Shown here in pieces: positions 50,440-63,965 of a DNA stretch of 64,000 bases; position 1 is the stretch's first letter; each line of letters opens with the position of its first letter. The notes beneath the pieces were generated by a model. The model searched no databases. It was not told the DNA's origin and saw nothing but the letters and a program-made list of their open reading frames with translations. Source of the stretch: Octopus bimaculoides (lineage: Eukaryota); contig NC_068989.1 of NCBI RefSeq assembly GCF_001194135.2, positions 3,709,406-3,773,405 on the forward strand. The letters are read 5' to 3'. The translations under genes and the position numbers were made by a program.

Positions 50440-50505
50440 AAAGCACGTCGAACGTTTCAACGATACCTCACCACCAACACCCGGGACTTCATCAGATGTG
50501 GAGCG
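50440..50505 (-). ncRNA. Degenerate hammerhead-like motif
   Basis: Minus strand CTGATGA (50495-89), 30-nt spacer, GAAACGTT; stems I and II weak. Confidence 0.25.
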
Positions 50506-50671
50506 ACGAAGAATGAATATAGTTTTAGATAGCTACATACCTATTGGCTAAGACACACATACACACACACACATACGCACATATGTACGCATATTCATAC
50601 ATATCTATATATTTATCTATCACACACACACGCACACACACACGCACACACACGCATACACATCTAACAAA

Positions 50672-50790
50672 TCGACACTCACCAGCCCGAGGCTGTAGTA
50701 GAACACACTTGCCCAAAATGTGACGCAGTGGGACTGAACCCGAAGCCATGTGGTTAGGATGCAAGCCTCTTACCAGACAGTCGTGTCCGC
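50672..50790 (-). mobile_element. SINE family B head
   Basis: cccgaggctgtagtagaacacacttgcccaaaatgtgacgcagtgggactgaacccga..ccatgtggtt. Confidence 0.85.
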
Positions 50791-50792
50791 GC

Positions 50793-50860
<68 letters not shown>

Positions 50861-52125
50861 ACATCCGTCCATCCATCCATATGGATATATAGTGTATATG
50901 TGTTTCTTTGTTATGAAAATATTCTATCATTAGTCTTGTCTTTTAAGTGCCACCCATATGTTCCCACTTACAGGAAAATAGATGAGCTGATAACAAATTA
51001 TCTCTTTCTCCTTCTCCCAATCTCACTTATCACCCATCACTCTACACACACACACACACANNNNNNNNNNNNNNNNNNNNNNNNNNNNNNNNNNNNNNNN
51101 NNNNNNNNNNNNNNNNNNNNNNNNNNNNNNNNNNNNNNNNNNNNNNNNNNNNNNNNNNNNNNNNNNNNNNNNNNNNNNNNNNNNNNNNNNNNNNNNNNNN
51201 NNNNNNNNNNNNNNNNNNNNNNNNNNNNNNNNNNNNNNNNNNNNNNNNNNNNNNNNNNNNNNNNNNNNNNNNNNNNNNNNNNNNNNNNNNNNNNNNNNNN
51301 NNNNNNNNNNNNNNNNNNNNNNNNNNNNNNNNNNNNNNNNNNNNNNNNNNNNNNNNNNNNNNNNNNNNNNNNNNNNNNNNNNNNNNNNNNNNNNNNNNNN
51401 NNNNGAATAAGAATGATATTTAAAAGGAGAGATGAAAGCTTAATTTTGGAAGACGCAGAAGATCACTAGTTTCGTCATATTTTATTTTATTTTATTTTTT
51501 TTACCATTAAATTGAGATGAGATACGAGGTCACTAACATCATTTCATAGTCAAATGAAGTGATACCGAATGACTAATTTATCTTTTATCCCCTTGCTGAT
51601 ATTAGACAACGTCTATATTCAGAATAGGAAGAAACCGATAAGTTTTATTATATAGAGTTAATTTGCATTTGAGTTGGCGAATTGGCAGAGCTGTTAGCGT
51701 GTTGGAACAGTTGCTTTGCAAGGTCGGTCGATGATTCGATAAATAAGGACTTGAGTCTCTTCTTTTTCTCTGTCTGTCATTGGGTCGACTGCGTTACGCT
51801 GTTGTAAGAAGTGTAGTAAGGAGTGCCACTCATGTTTTTGTGAGATTGAGCGATGTGATTATTTATAGCTTTATCTATTTCTAGTTCTACAGTTAAAACG
51901 AATTGTTTCACGTCACTTGAAGTTTCTAAGTTCTTGTGTCATAAACACCATACACTTCTTAAAGGGAAGAACAAAGCTACTAAAATGAAGTGTGAACTTC
52001 GGAGTATTACTTTGGTCCAAGGGTAGAACATCTCTCATGTTTAAAAATGATGTGGGCTTTTGCTCCTTGAGTAACCCGCTTTTTTTATACAATAAGATTT
52101 TTAACTCAACAATTATATGCTATTA

Positions 52126-52345
52126 AGGCGGCGAGCTAGAAGGATCGCTAGCACGCCGAGCAAAATTCTTTGTGGCGTTTCATCCGTCTTTATGTTCTGA
52201 GTTCAAATTCCCCCAAGGTAGAAATTGCCTGTCATCCTTTCGGGGTCGATAAAATAATTACCAGTTGAGCACTGGGGTCGATATAATCGCCTTACCCCGG
52301 CTCCGAAATATCTGGCCTTGTACTAAAATACGAAACCAATATTTT
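52126..52345 (+). mobile_element. SINE family A copy (tandem pair, first)
   Basis: taaggcggcgagctag...ttctgagttcaaattcc...ctttcggggtcgataaaataa..ccagttgagcactggggtcgatataatcg. Confidence 0.9.
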
Positions 52346-52369
52346 TATGTTATTATTTATAATTTTAAA

Positions 52370-52535
52370 TCTAACGAACTGACAGAATGTTTAGCATGCC
52401 GGACAAAATTCTTAGCGGTAATTTCGTCCGACTTTAACGTTCTGCTTTCGAATGTGACAAAGGTCGATGTTGCCTTCCACCCTTTCGATACCATGAGTAC
52501 TAGTCAAATACGTAATTGACCAGTCGCCCCCACAA
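52370..52535 (+). mobile_element. SINE family A copy (tandem pair, second; decayed)
   Basis: gaactgacagaatgtttagcatgccggacaaaattcttagcggtaatttcgtcc...ggtcgatgttgccttccacccttt. Confidence 0.75.
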
Positions 52536-52553
52536 AAAAAAAGATGTGCTTAT

Positions 52554-53150
52554 AGGCGCAGGTGTGGCTTTGTGGTATGAAGCTTGCTTCCCAACCACAT
52601 GGTTCCGGGTTCAGTCCCACTGCGTGGCACCTTGGGCAACTGTCTCCTGCTATAGCCTCGTGAGGACAAAAGCTTTGTGAGTTGATTTGGTAGACGGAAA
52701 CTGAAATAAGCCCGTCGTCACCATGATTGATCGCTAGATCCACAAGTTTTTTTATTCTCTCTGTTTATTTTCTCATATTCCATTCTGCTGATGAGCGTAG
52801 GCTCGAAACGTAAAGGACTTTCTCACTTTCCCGGGCGTCAAACTAAAACACCTGCTTGTCGTTCATACACCTGCATTCGTCTTTTGTTTTTTCTGTAAAT
52901 TTCAACTACATATGTATTTGTGTGTTTGTGTCTGTGTTTGTCCTTCCGCCACCACTTGACGACCGATGCTGGCTTGTTTACGTCCCCGTCCCCGTAACAG
53001 AGTGGTTCGGCAAAAGCAACCGATAGAATAAGTTCATAAGTTCGAGGCTTACAAGGAATAAGTCCTAGTGGTCGATTTCTTCAACTAAAAGGCGGTGCTC
53101 CAGCATGGCCACAGTCAAAATTACATGAATCAAGTAAAAGAATAATAGAA
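52554..53150 (+). mobile_element. SINE family B split by an insertion at about 52730-52910
   Basis: Head to gcccgtcgt (52554-52719); body resumes at tgtgtgtttgtgtctgtgtttgtcc (about 52918) and runs to the tail. Confidence 0.9.
52740..52910 (+). mobile_element. PLE terminal-repeat-like short element carrying a minimal hammerhead motif
   Basis: CTGATGA (52788-94), gcgtaggctc, GAAACGTA (52805-12); stem I ttct/agga after one mismatch; second copy at 42040-42175. Confidence 0.6.
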
Positions 53151-53909
53151 TAACAGAATAAGAGAATAGTGGAAAGAATTATTAATAACTTTGGATTCTA
53201 AATTTCAAAACGAATTACAAACGTTTATGTTCCTGAAAGCGTCCAAAGCGGATCGTCGAGTAAGCGCAGCACAGATATGCAAATAAGGAATTTACATATA
53301 AATTCAGTTATTCGCCTCTCTTTCACAAATGCACGCATGCAGCGCTTGAAAAAAAAAGTTATTAATTATTTACAATTTCCATATATTTTCTTTCAATAGA
53401 ATGAAAGCATTTATTGAAAGTTGCTATTTTTTTTTTTTACATATTTTCCAAAATAGAAAAATTCACTCAAAATTGATTAATAAATCTGTAAAAGTAATTA
53501 GATTTGTATAGTTAAATTCATAACAAGCAGACTTGTGAGTTAATGGCCGTTTTGTGTGTTTGAATATGTCTGCGTGTGGGTGCGCTTAACTGGGTGCGTG
53601 TGCGTCTGTTGTATTTGTTATGCGTGTAACTTTGTGGTAGTTTGTGCGTGTCTTGCAATTTACGTATGAATAATGTAATTCGCGTTTGTGCTATAGGTTG
53701 TGTGTACAGCTCATGGATTTGTTGTAGTTGTGCGTGCAAGTGTGTGTGTGTGTGTGCGTGTGAATGTGTATGCGTGTACAATTTATACGTATATTTATGT
53801 AAGAGTGCGTGTGTGAGCGTATCTGTGTGTCTACATGGGTGTGTATGCTTACGTATTATTTTTTGCACCCCCCACACACACATATGTACACACACATATA
53901 TAAATAGCT

Positions 53910-54120
53910 GTAGGTGAGCTGGAAGAAATGTTACCAGGCTGGGCGAAATTCTTAGCGGTATTTCGTCTGTCTTTACGTTCTGAGTTCAAATTCCGCCGAG
54001 GTTGACTTAGTCTTTCATCCTTTCGTGGTCGATAAATTAAGTACTAGTTGCGTACTGGGACCTATCTAATCGACTGGCCTCTCACCAAAATTTCGGGCCT
54101 TGTGTCTACTGTATAAAAGT
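53910..54120 (+). mobile_element. SINE family A copy
   Basis: gtaggtgagctggaagaa...ttctgagttcaaattccgccgagg...gtactagttgcgtactggg...gggccttgtg. Confidence 0.92.
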
Positions 54121-54264
54121 AATTAAAAAAAGGAACAAAAACGTTTCAAATTTGAATAAAGGGGAGGTAAACAAAACACAAACATTATGTTCCCTCAGTT
54201 TCGTTTCATTTTGAAAAATGAAAATTTATTTTATGGTTTATTGTTGTTTATATTTTGAATTACA

Positions 54265-54325
54265 TATATATGGGGGCGCCAAAATCTTTTAAGTGTTTAG
54301 GGCCTCCGTGGGTCTTAATCCAGAC
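54265..54325 (-). mobile_element. Possible non-autonomous DNA transposon end
   Basis: Reverse complement catgtctggattaagacccacggaggccct..ggcgcccc resembles CAGGGCCGGATTAAG-type termini; no partner end found. Confidence 0.25.
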
Positions 54326-55149
54326 ATGACTAAGACAGTTATAAACAATCACAATTTTCATCAACATGATCAACTTTCCCTCTTTTGAGACCATCAACGC
54401 GGTTTCTGCAGCGCCATACTCGCTGGAACGTCGGAAATTCTGTTTCATCCCAAACCACTTCTCTCTTCATCACCATTAACAATTCTGCAACTTCATTGCT
54501 CTTTCGTTCTATTGTTAATGGTGTTGGTTAGTCTTTCGTATTGGTGTGTAACCAATAAATATTGATTTCTCTTCACTTGGCGCACCATCATATGTTTGCA
54601 GTGAAATTCGTACAGTCGAGTGAATCGCGTTCATATTTATAGGTGATACATTTGTTTGATAATATTGCTAACGTTAATTGAACTATTCTACACTGTAGAA
54701 TCTATTGATAGCTTGGGAGGCGGCCTGGACCACGGAAACCTAAGATTACACTGTCCTTGGGTAGCAACTGTTATTTCCTATTTGTTTACACTAGAAAGTA
54801 TGACGCATGACTAATATTTCCTTCAAAATTTGATTATTTTTACATTTACTCAAAACGCATAGAATCTGTCTCAACACATGGCCATGATGCCCCCGCCCAC
54901 CTCGCTGCCTTTTGTATATAGGAACCAGAGTGATATTTTTGAGGAATGTTTTGGTAAAGAGTGCACCTTATTTGCCTTCAAATACAGCAAGTTTGGAAAC
55001 CTGAATAAATATTAAGAAAATATTTTTAAAAAATAATAAATTATTATAAAGCTGAGTAAAATAATAGCAAAATTAGCTGAGATACACGAGTCACTATTTG
55101 TAACGATTTAAGAACGTTAGAAGACCCGCTAGTGTTCCGTGGTGTATTC

Positions 55150-55790
55150 TGTAAATCTTTTAAGACAACTGTTTGATACTAACTTCTCCGATGTTGATAG
55201 CTCTTAGAAATATAAGTATAGGGGTGTGGTGTATTCTAGGTCAACATTTTTTCTGTGTTATCTTCTGATTTGTCTGTTGGTTGAGTATAGTGCTGTAAAA
55301 TCATGTTATAGATTGGAGATGAGTACGTCTGCTGCCGATGTGCCTTTTGTTATCTGTCTTTCGTTTGAGCTTTAGAACTGTTACAGTTTTGTGCTCTTCT
55401 CAGATTCTGAGGTTTGACAATGTTTACATGAACAGCCGTAAATTTTGATGAATTCATTTATATCTTTGTTGCACATTTGGTGAATTTACTGCGGTTGTCT
55501 TCGCTGTCAGCATGTGGTCAAAGGGGTACAACTTAGATGTTGTTCTTTGTTGTCAATGCCCATGTTGTTTTAACATATCTTCTTTCGGTGCACCGGACTT
55601 AAGAATGTTTCGTCACATTACAATATTCTCATCGTTGTTATTGCTGTTCTCCTTGTTTTTGTTTTTAGTTGTTATCGTACATTTAATTGTCGTTCATGTT
55701 ACTGCTATTCTTGCAGGTGTATTAAGAGCGCGTATCTCCTGAGGAGCGGCCAATAAGCCATGAAACATATTGGAATTAATGAAGAGACTA
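55150..55790. mobile_element. Possible PLE remnant with hammerhead-like motif
   Basis: Plus strand CTGAGGA (55739-45), ggc/gcc stem, GAAAC (55762-66); minus strand HDFTALYS near 55290 loosely like PLE RT DFSTLYT. Confidence 0.3.
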
Positions 55791-56312
55791 ACTACATTTG
55801 TTTACGTTATACGGCGTAGACGGTACAAGCTATAGATTTTTTGATGCTCACTGTTTTTGCATAACTATATATATATTATATAATATTGTATAATATTATA
55901 TATATGTGTGAGTGTGTGTGTTTGAGAGTGTGTATGTATGTGAGTGTAGGTGTATGTGTGTATTTTATCAATACATATACACACATATATAAGCATTCGT
56001 CTTTGATAGAACAAGAAAGAGAAAAACAAGCAAGAAATAAGATAAAACCAGGAAAAAATAAACAAGTAAAAGAAGAGCAAAAGTCAAACATAGAGCGGAT
56101 ATTAATGATGGGAGGAATGTTTGGCACCAGTCCGACATTAAAAATATTTTTATCTTCGGAAGTTTCCCAAAATTACCAAAATTAGTAGCCGCCTTAGCAG
56201 CAAAGATTTACTAATTTACGCCAAATATATACTTATGAAAAGCCAACCTTTAACCAACAATTTCTCCCCGCCGTTGGCGCGTTCGTCTGCTTCAGTGGGT
56301 CATTTATGTCAT

Positions 56313-56344
<32 letters not shown>

Positions 56345-57169
56345 GGATGTATGTATAGGTATGTGTGTATTTATAAATGTATTTACGTATGTATGTATGT
56401 ATGTATTGGCATTTATTAGCATTTACAAATTTGCAAATTTGCTCTATGATCTTTAACAACCTGTAAATATAGATGTTGCATATCACCTCACAATCTTCAA
56501 TCATTACTCTGTGCCGAATCTCAAAACTAAAACTGTACCTATCCATTTTATTTTGTTGCTATTGAACTACCATTGATGCTGATGTTGCTGTTGTTGTTGT
56601 TGATGCATTAGTAGTAGTTATTGTTTTAGTTGTTGCTGTTGGTTTAGTTTCTAGTTAGTATCTGCATGCTTCAGTAGGTGTGCAATCGCGCCATGTTTAT
56701 TGCCGGGATGTGACTTGGCTGCCACTTCGCTCTCTATAATATTTACATCATTGTTTAGTGCGTTTATTCATGGTAGTCATTTATGCGCAAACCCAATCAT
56801 AGTCACATATTTGCATGATATATAATTATTTGTCTGTGAACGTGAATGTGAGAGAGCAATGGAAGAGACGAGGAGAAGTATGTTCGAATTGACAAATACA
56901 TACATACATATTTATACACACACACACACTTAGACAAACATACAACAACACACACACATATCATTGTTTGAGTTTATATAATTTTTCACCGTGTGTTAAA
57001 AGTTCACAGCAATTTCTGTCAATAACATGTTGACATCCTTCAAGTGTGAACACAGTATTTGAGGTAACTTGGTATCTATTTATGTATATATAATTAAATG
57101 TTTGTGGCGTACATAACCTCGCCCCCTCCATTACGTCAGGTTTCATATTAATCGCAGAATAAGGTGGAA

Positions 57170-57250
57170 TCAAGTGCTTTGCTCATGCTTACAAAACGCC
57201 ACTCAGCCCGGGAAGCGAAATTACGGTATTGCATGCAACACCCCTAAATA
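57170..57250 (-). mobile_element. SINE family C head fragment
   Basis: caagtgctttgctca..acaaaacgcc..cccgggaagcgaaa..caacacccctaa. Confidence 0.45.
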
Positions 57251-57282
57251 CTAGATCATACGACTTTACAAGGACACACACT

Positions 57283-57316
<34 letters not shown>

Positions 57317-58484
57317 CACACACACACACACAAGCCCACATATACACACATACATGTACACACACACATATATATGGACGAACAAAGCACAGGAGAAATA
57401 ATCAGTAAATACTTCCGCCACCTGTTGCAACGGAGACACATTCACACCGCATCAGTGATCTCTGTTCCCACTGAGCTCTGATAGGAGTTGAAACCAGTAA
57501 CATCAATACAGTTCACTGGCCATTTACCGTTAATAGGCTGCGTAAAGCCTCTAAAACATAACCAAGTGCCCAGCACGCTGCGGTTAGCAAGACCTGCCTA
57601 AAATTACGTAAAATAATCCATACATCGCTTAATAGATTTGAAATGAAAGCAGCGTTTTGAAGTTTATATCCTTGATGTGAAGATTATTTCCTTAATTAAA
57701 AACTTATTATCAAAGGTTGTAAATGCTGAACTTCCTCGTGAGACTATTTTGCAGTTGTAACCATTTTCAATGAATTTAGAAATTTCAGTCTTTGCTGGAC
57801 ATATAGGGCGGACAATGTTGAGGCAGTAAAATTTACTTCAGGTTGATTGCTACATGGTGACAGCAAAAGCATGGTGGTTATTAAAGAAATGTGATGAGAG
57901 AGGGAGAGAAAGCATTTCGGAGATATGCAACGAAATATTTTGACACTAAATACTTTAAATTGCTATAACAGAATCAGCGCAAATGGGAAGATAAAGGTAT
58001 TAAAGTATTATAACGAGGCTTTTATGATAACACACACATACACACACGCACACACACATACATGGGCACACACAAGCACACACACACACACACACACACA
58101 CAAACGCACACATACACACAGAGACGTACACGCACATCTATCTATCTAATTATTTTCTCTTTATCACAGGTTTCGTTGGAACTCCTGGAGTCTCGTATGC
58201 GTAGTGGGCTTACTACCTATGGTACCATGCTATTTGTTCTTTTCAGCTATCTAATATTTTCCTGATTATTCTGGCCGTGCCAAAGAGGCAAACCATTTGT
58301 AAACAGTTCTACTGGGAACTGTATTCCACTTTCCTTTATATTCCTCTTGATGCCCAGGACCCAACAATAATCCGCACCCCTTTTCGTTTTCCATACACGG
58401 GATATTTCGTACTTAAGAGGGTTGTATCTATCTCTCTTTTTACCACCTTTCTTGACTATTCGTGAGTCAAAGGGGCATGCAACA

Positions 58485-59180
<696 letters not shown>

Positions 59181-59363
59181 GTTATCCCCACTGTCCTCAG
59201 CCTGAGATTTAAGGCCGGCATTACGTTTGATCTTCCGAAATCTGTGAAATGCAGTTCGTGTGGCGCTGATACCCCAAGGATACTAAAATCGGTTCGGTTC
59301 TCTTGTTAGCAAACACGTCGATGATGAAAGGATTTCGTTTAAAAAAGAGAAAGGGAAAGAAAG

Positions 59364-59402
<39 letters not shown>

Positions 59403-59519
59403 GAAAACGCGCGCGAGAGAGAAAGAGAACGAGTGATTGGAAAGAAAACGAAGAGAAGCGGATTAATCAAGTTTGGTTCGCCTAAACGCCATATTGTAAA
59501 TATTGTTTTGTTGTTGTCA

Positions 59520-59740
59520 TTGCTAATATTGATTTGAAAATTTGGCACAAGGCCAGAAATGTTGAGGGATGGCGTCCATCGATTACATTGGCCCCAGTGT
59601 AAAACTGGTACTTGTTTTATCGACCTTGAAGGATGAAAGGCAAAGTCGACCCGGGCGGAATTTGAATCTTAGAATGTAAAAATGGACGAAGTACCGCAAA
59701 GTACCGCCTGACGTGAAAACGATTCAGCCATGTTACCGTC
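59520..59740 (-). mobile_element. SINE family A copy
   Basis: aaaatttggcacaaggcc...ccccagtgtaaaactggtactt...aaggatgaaaggcaaagtcgacc..cggaatttgaa. Confidence 0.88.
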
Positions 59741-60427
59741 TTTGTCGTTGTTAATATTCATGTTGTTGCTGTTGGTGCCCTTGTTGTTGGCATCGTTGTT
59801 GTTGTGAGTTTTGTTGTTGTTGTTGTTGTTGATGGCTATTATTAAGGATTTTGTGAATTTTTTTAAAGGAATGCCCCACAGAACCCGAGAATTCGCTCTA
59901 ATGAGCCCATAGCTTGGGACGGATCTTAAATTCCTTTTTCGATGGTATGTAACTTGGATATAAATTGCAGTTGTTGTTGTTATTACTTAACCCAGATCAG
60001 CTGTTGAGGGCTGGACTGGAGACCGAAGACATAAAAATGGCCGTCCCCAAGAATAGGATACGCTATACAATTAGAAGACAAATAAACCGGAAACTGCAGT
60101 TTTCAGCTTAAAACAAACATGGAGCGTTTTTCACTGCGTAATGTCCAGAGCAATACACAATTTATGAGTAAGAGTGAAAGTAGTGTACAAAACTAAATAC
60201 CCGGAGAGCTTGGAGAATCGTTGAATCTGGAGATTATCTCCCCTTTTCAAGTAGAGCAACGCTTAATTACCATTTGTTAATTTTGATACATTCTCTAGAG
60301 GCGGAGATAATATAATTAAATCATGATTTTATGTTGTATGGTATTTCACATACCTGTATTTGTCTATCTCATTCAAATATATACTCCGAGGTATTCTGAA
60401 GAATTCTTTTCAGTTCATTTTTGTTTC

Positions 60428-60815
60428 TATGGTCGCAGGTTCGGTGCCACGCAGTGGCACGTCGAGTAAATGTCTTCTACTATAGACTCAGACCGACCAA
60501 AATCTTCTGAGTGGATTTGGTATATGGAAACTGAAAGAAGCCCGTCGTAGATGTATGTGCGTGTGTGTGTGTGTGTGTGTGAACGCGTGCGCGTGCACAT
60601 CTTTACGTCAGTGTTTGGTAGCTTGACAACCGGTATCGGTTGGTTTACGTCCCCGTTACGTGGCGGTTCGGCAAAAAAAAAACCGATCGTATAAGTCCCA
60701 CGTTAAAAAAAAACAAAAAAACTACAGGGGTCAATTCATTCGACCAGAAATTTCTAAAGGCAGAGCTCCAGTATGGCCGCAGTCTAATGACTGAAACAAG
60801 AGATAAAAGATAAAA
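60428..60815 (+). mobile_element. SINE family B, near full length
   Basis: Head remnant, gtcttctactatag, ggaaactgaaagaagcccgtcg, (TG) linker, 3' body and tail gataaaagataaaa. Confidence 0.9.
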
Positions 60816-61971
60816 CATGCGTGTGTGTGTATGTGAATGTATGTGTATACGAACACTCACATACACATACACACATACATATGCTCACACGCACACACAG
60901 ACGCACGCATGCACGCGCGCACACACACACAAACACACACACACACACACACACGGTTTCTATGTTGCTAACTACCTCCATTTTGTCTCATATGCAAAAC
61001 CACCCTCTCTCTCTCACTCATTCAGATTTTCTCTCTTTTGCCGTTTATTTTTAACGTTTGCATACAAATACACACATACATACATACATACGTACGCACA
61101 TACATACATGCATGCATACATACATACGTACATACATGCATACATACACACATACACACAGACACACGCACACATGTATATCATTCCCTCTCTTTCCTTC
61201 TCATTGCGTTTCTCTTCCTGCCACCATTTATCTCTTACTCTCTCGATGTCTTTCTATCCTTCTCTTTTCCCTGCCCCACATCCTACGCCTCTTTCCACCC
61301 CTGTCTCTATCTTTGTGTAAGTCTCACTCTCTCTCTCTGTTTCCCTTTGTCTCCCCTCTCTGTTTCCCTTTGTCTCTCTCTCTCTCTCTCTCTCTCTGAT
61401 TCTCTCTCCTGTCTCCTTTCTTCTCTCTTCCTCTCTTATTTCTCATTCGCCGTCTCGTTTTCACTAACATCCAGCCTTCATATTCCCCAACCCCGTCCTT
61501 CTCTCTCTCCCTCTCTCTTTAATTCCCACGCCAATTCATCAGAAACTCAGACGACCGCCATCGTTCACTAATTTGAAAATTCAATATATGTAACACCTAA
61601 AATGGTCATATTTTAATAAATCTAGCTTAATGAACCGTACACTTTATTATTGTTAAACATAGTGAAAGTAGCTCGTTATGAGGTCACCCTGAGCAGTTCA
61701 TTGTCTTCCTATATACTCAATGGAGACACATTGCCACGTTCATTTTAATTTTTTTTATTAAGACCACGTAGTATTGCTATGTTTAATGCGTGTATGTCTA
61801 ACAGAATGTATATATGTATATACAATTATAAACGCATACAATATAACATCTGTCTCCAATAGCGTTGGAGATGTATTGTCGATTAAATCAACACCAATAC
61901 CTTGTTGGTATTTAACATATCGATGTATCGATCAAGGTGATCTTATTGGGGTTAGATACCCTTAACTTTTG

Positions 61972-62400
61972 TTTCTTTATCATTTACGTGTTTCAGTTAT
62001 TAGACTATGCCCATACTGGAGCACCGCCTTGAAGAGTTTTTAATAGAAGAAATTGTCCTCAGTACTTAGTTTTTTGTTCTCAAATCGTGATAGTTATTCT
62101 ATCATCCGCTTTTGTTGAACCGCTAAGTTACAGAGATCTAAACACACCAACACAGGTTGTCAAGCGGTGGTGGTGGGGGACAAACACAGTCACAAAGACA
62201 CACAACACACGCACATATAGATATATACGTATATATGACGGGCTTCTTCCAGTTTCCGTCTACCAAGTCCACTCACAAGGCTTTAGTCAGCCCTGAGGCT
62301 ATCATAGAAGACACTTGCCCAAGGTGACACACAGTGGGACTGAACCTGGAACCATGTGGTTGGTAAGTATAATTTCATTCGTGAAAGCCACGCCTGCGCC
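61972..62400 (-). mobile_element. SINE family B, full length
   Basis: Reverse complement from agccacgcctgcgcc (head) to the tail. Confidence 0.93.
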
Positions 62401-62574
62401 CGGAGAAAAAGAGAAAAAATAGAAGGTAGCAAAATAGTGCATAGCATTTTGTTCGCCGCGACGGATCTCACTATTTTCTATACATTGTAATATAGTTCTT
62501 TAACATAGCTAGAAAGGGGGTGGATTGGAACGATTTGGTCAATTTAACCGACTCTTGTGCCTCTCTGTGAACGT

Positions 62575-62810
62575 TCGGGGCCAAGTAGATAGGATATTGC
62601 ACTCTGAATCGGAAGATCGTGGTTTCGATCCCGGACCGGACAAAACATTTCACGTTACTCCCGTCTACTCGACTGTCAATTAATAAACCTGCATCCGATT
62701 GGCGTCGCGCACAGGAGCAATGTGTGTTCTCATCTCGGGTCACTGAAACGCCATGAAAGCCGAGTGACCAGTCCTCCGAGTTGTAAGAGTCGAGATAGCA
62801 ACAGCCAGGG
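62575..62810 (+). mobile_element. SINE with tRNA-like head and a body unlike families A-C
   Basis: B-box-like gtggtttcgatcccgg, core remnant aaaacatttcacgttactcc; 3' part with ggtcact/agtgacc inverted repeat. Confidence 0.5.
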
Positions 62811-63204
62811 GGATTTGTTTTGTTTGCTGCTGTTGTTGTTGTTGATGATGGTGATGACGACTACCATCACAATGAAGATGATGACAATGATATGACTCAC
62901 TGGCAACCATCGACTGATTTAATTAAATTTGCGATAAACGGAAATAAATAGACGTAGATAAAGAAGTCTAGCTCGGAAGCATTAAAAGAAAAATGCCGTT
63001 TTTCATGGAAATACCATAAATAATAGTTGTAGCAATTAAAGACGTAATAGTCTCAATTTCTTTATTAACTGTCAAAACGTGATTTGTACATAATGACAAC
63101 ACATTGTGCTTACATCTGTGTGAAGAAGTCACGTATAATTCTATATTGAAAATAAAAGAATGAAACAACAACAGTCGTTTATTTATTACATTTATTGGAC
63201 TGCG

Positions 63205-63650
63205 GTGATGCTGGGGCAACGCGTTCAATGGTCTTTTATAGTCAAACAAATCGGATCCAGTCTTTTTATTTATAAGTCTGGTCCTTATTCTATCAGCCTC
63301 TTTTGTGAATAGTGGCTGTCGAACCGAGGTGGGGGCGGACAAAAATACACAGATACACACAGATACACACACAGGCACACACACACTGGCACATACACAG
63401 GCACACACATAGACACACGAACGGGCACAGAGAGAGAGAGAGGCACATACACTCACAGGAACACGCAAACATAAATATATACACACACACAATCAGGCTT
63501 CACACAATTTCCTTACACCAAATTCTCTCAAGGCACTATAATCAGTACGTGGTTATAGTAAAAAACACTTATCCAGAGTGTTGCGCAGTGGGACTGAACC
63601 CCAAACAACGAAGTTGTAACGCAGGCTTGTTAATCGCACGGCTGAGTATT
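63205..63650 (-). mobile_element. SINE family B, decayed pieces
   Basis: ggactgcggtgatgctggggcaac... (3' part) and gcgcagtgggactgaacc (head). Confidence 0.65.
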
Positions 63651-63809
63651 TAATACGATGTGAATTTCAGACTTAAACGTAACGTTACACACAATTTACT
63701 CAAAGAAACATTAGACCGAAGTACTTGACCGCAGTGCTTGACCGCTATTGTTCGTATGGACAACGAACGGATTAAATGACAAAATAGACCTCTATGAGAT
63801 GTGAACTCT

Positions 63810-63965
63810 TGACTGTGTGGTAAGAAGTTTGCTTTCTTGCCACATAACTCCGAGCTCAGTCTTAAAGAGTGACACCTTGGGCAAGTGTTTTCCTACTAGA
63901 ATCTCAGGCCGAACAAGTCCTTGTGAATGGATTTCGTTGGCGGAAGCTGAAAGAAGTCCACTGTA
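63810..63965 (+). mobile_element. SINE family B 5' half
   Basis: gactgtgtggtaagaagtttgct...caccttgggcaagtg...ggaagctgaaagaagtcc. Confidence 0.85.

Noticed and set aside
57478-57499. ctgataggagttgaaaccagta hammerhead-like string
   Set aside because: Core is CTGATAG rather than CTGANGA and stem I does not form.
58170-58204. Strong acceptor followed by GFVGTPGVSYA* (Gly-X-Y like)
   Set aside because: Only three triplets; no upstream collagen-like exons seen.
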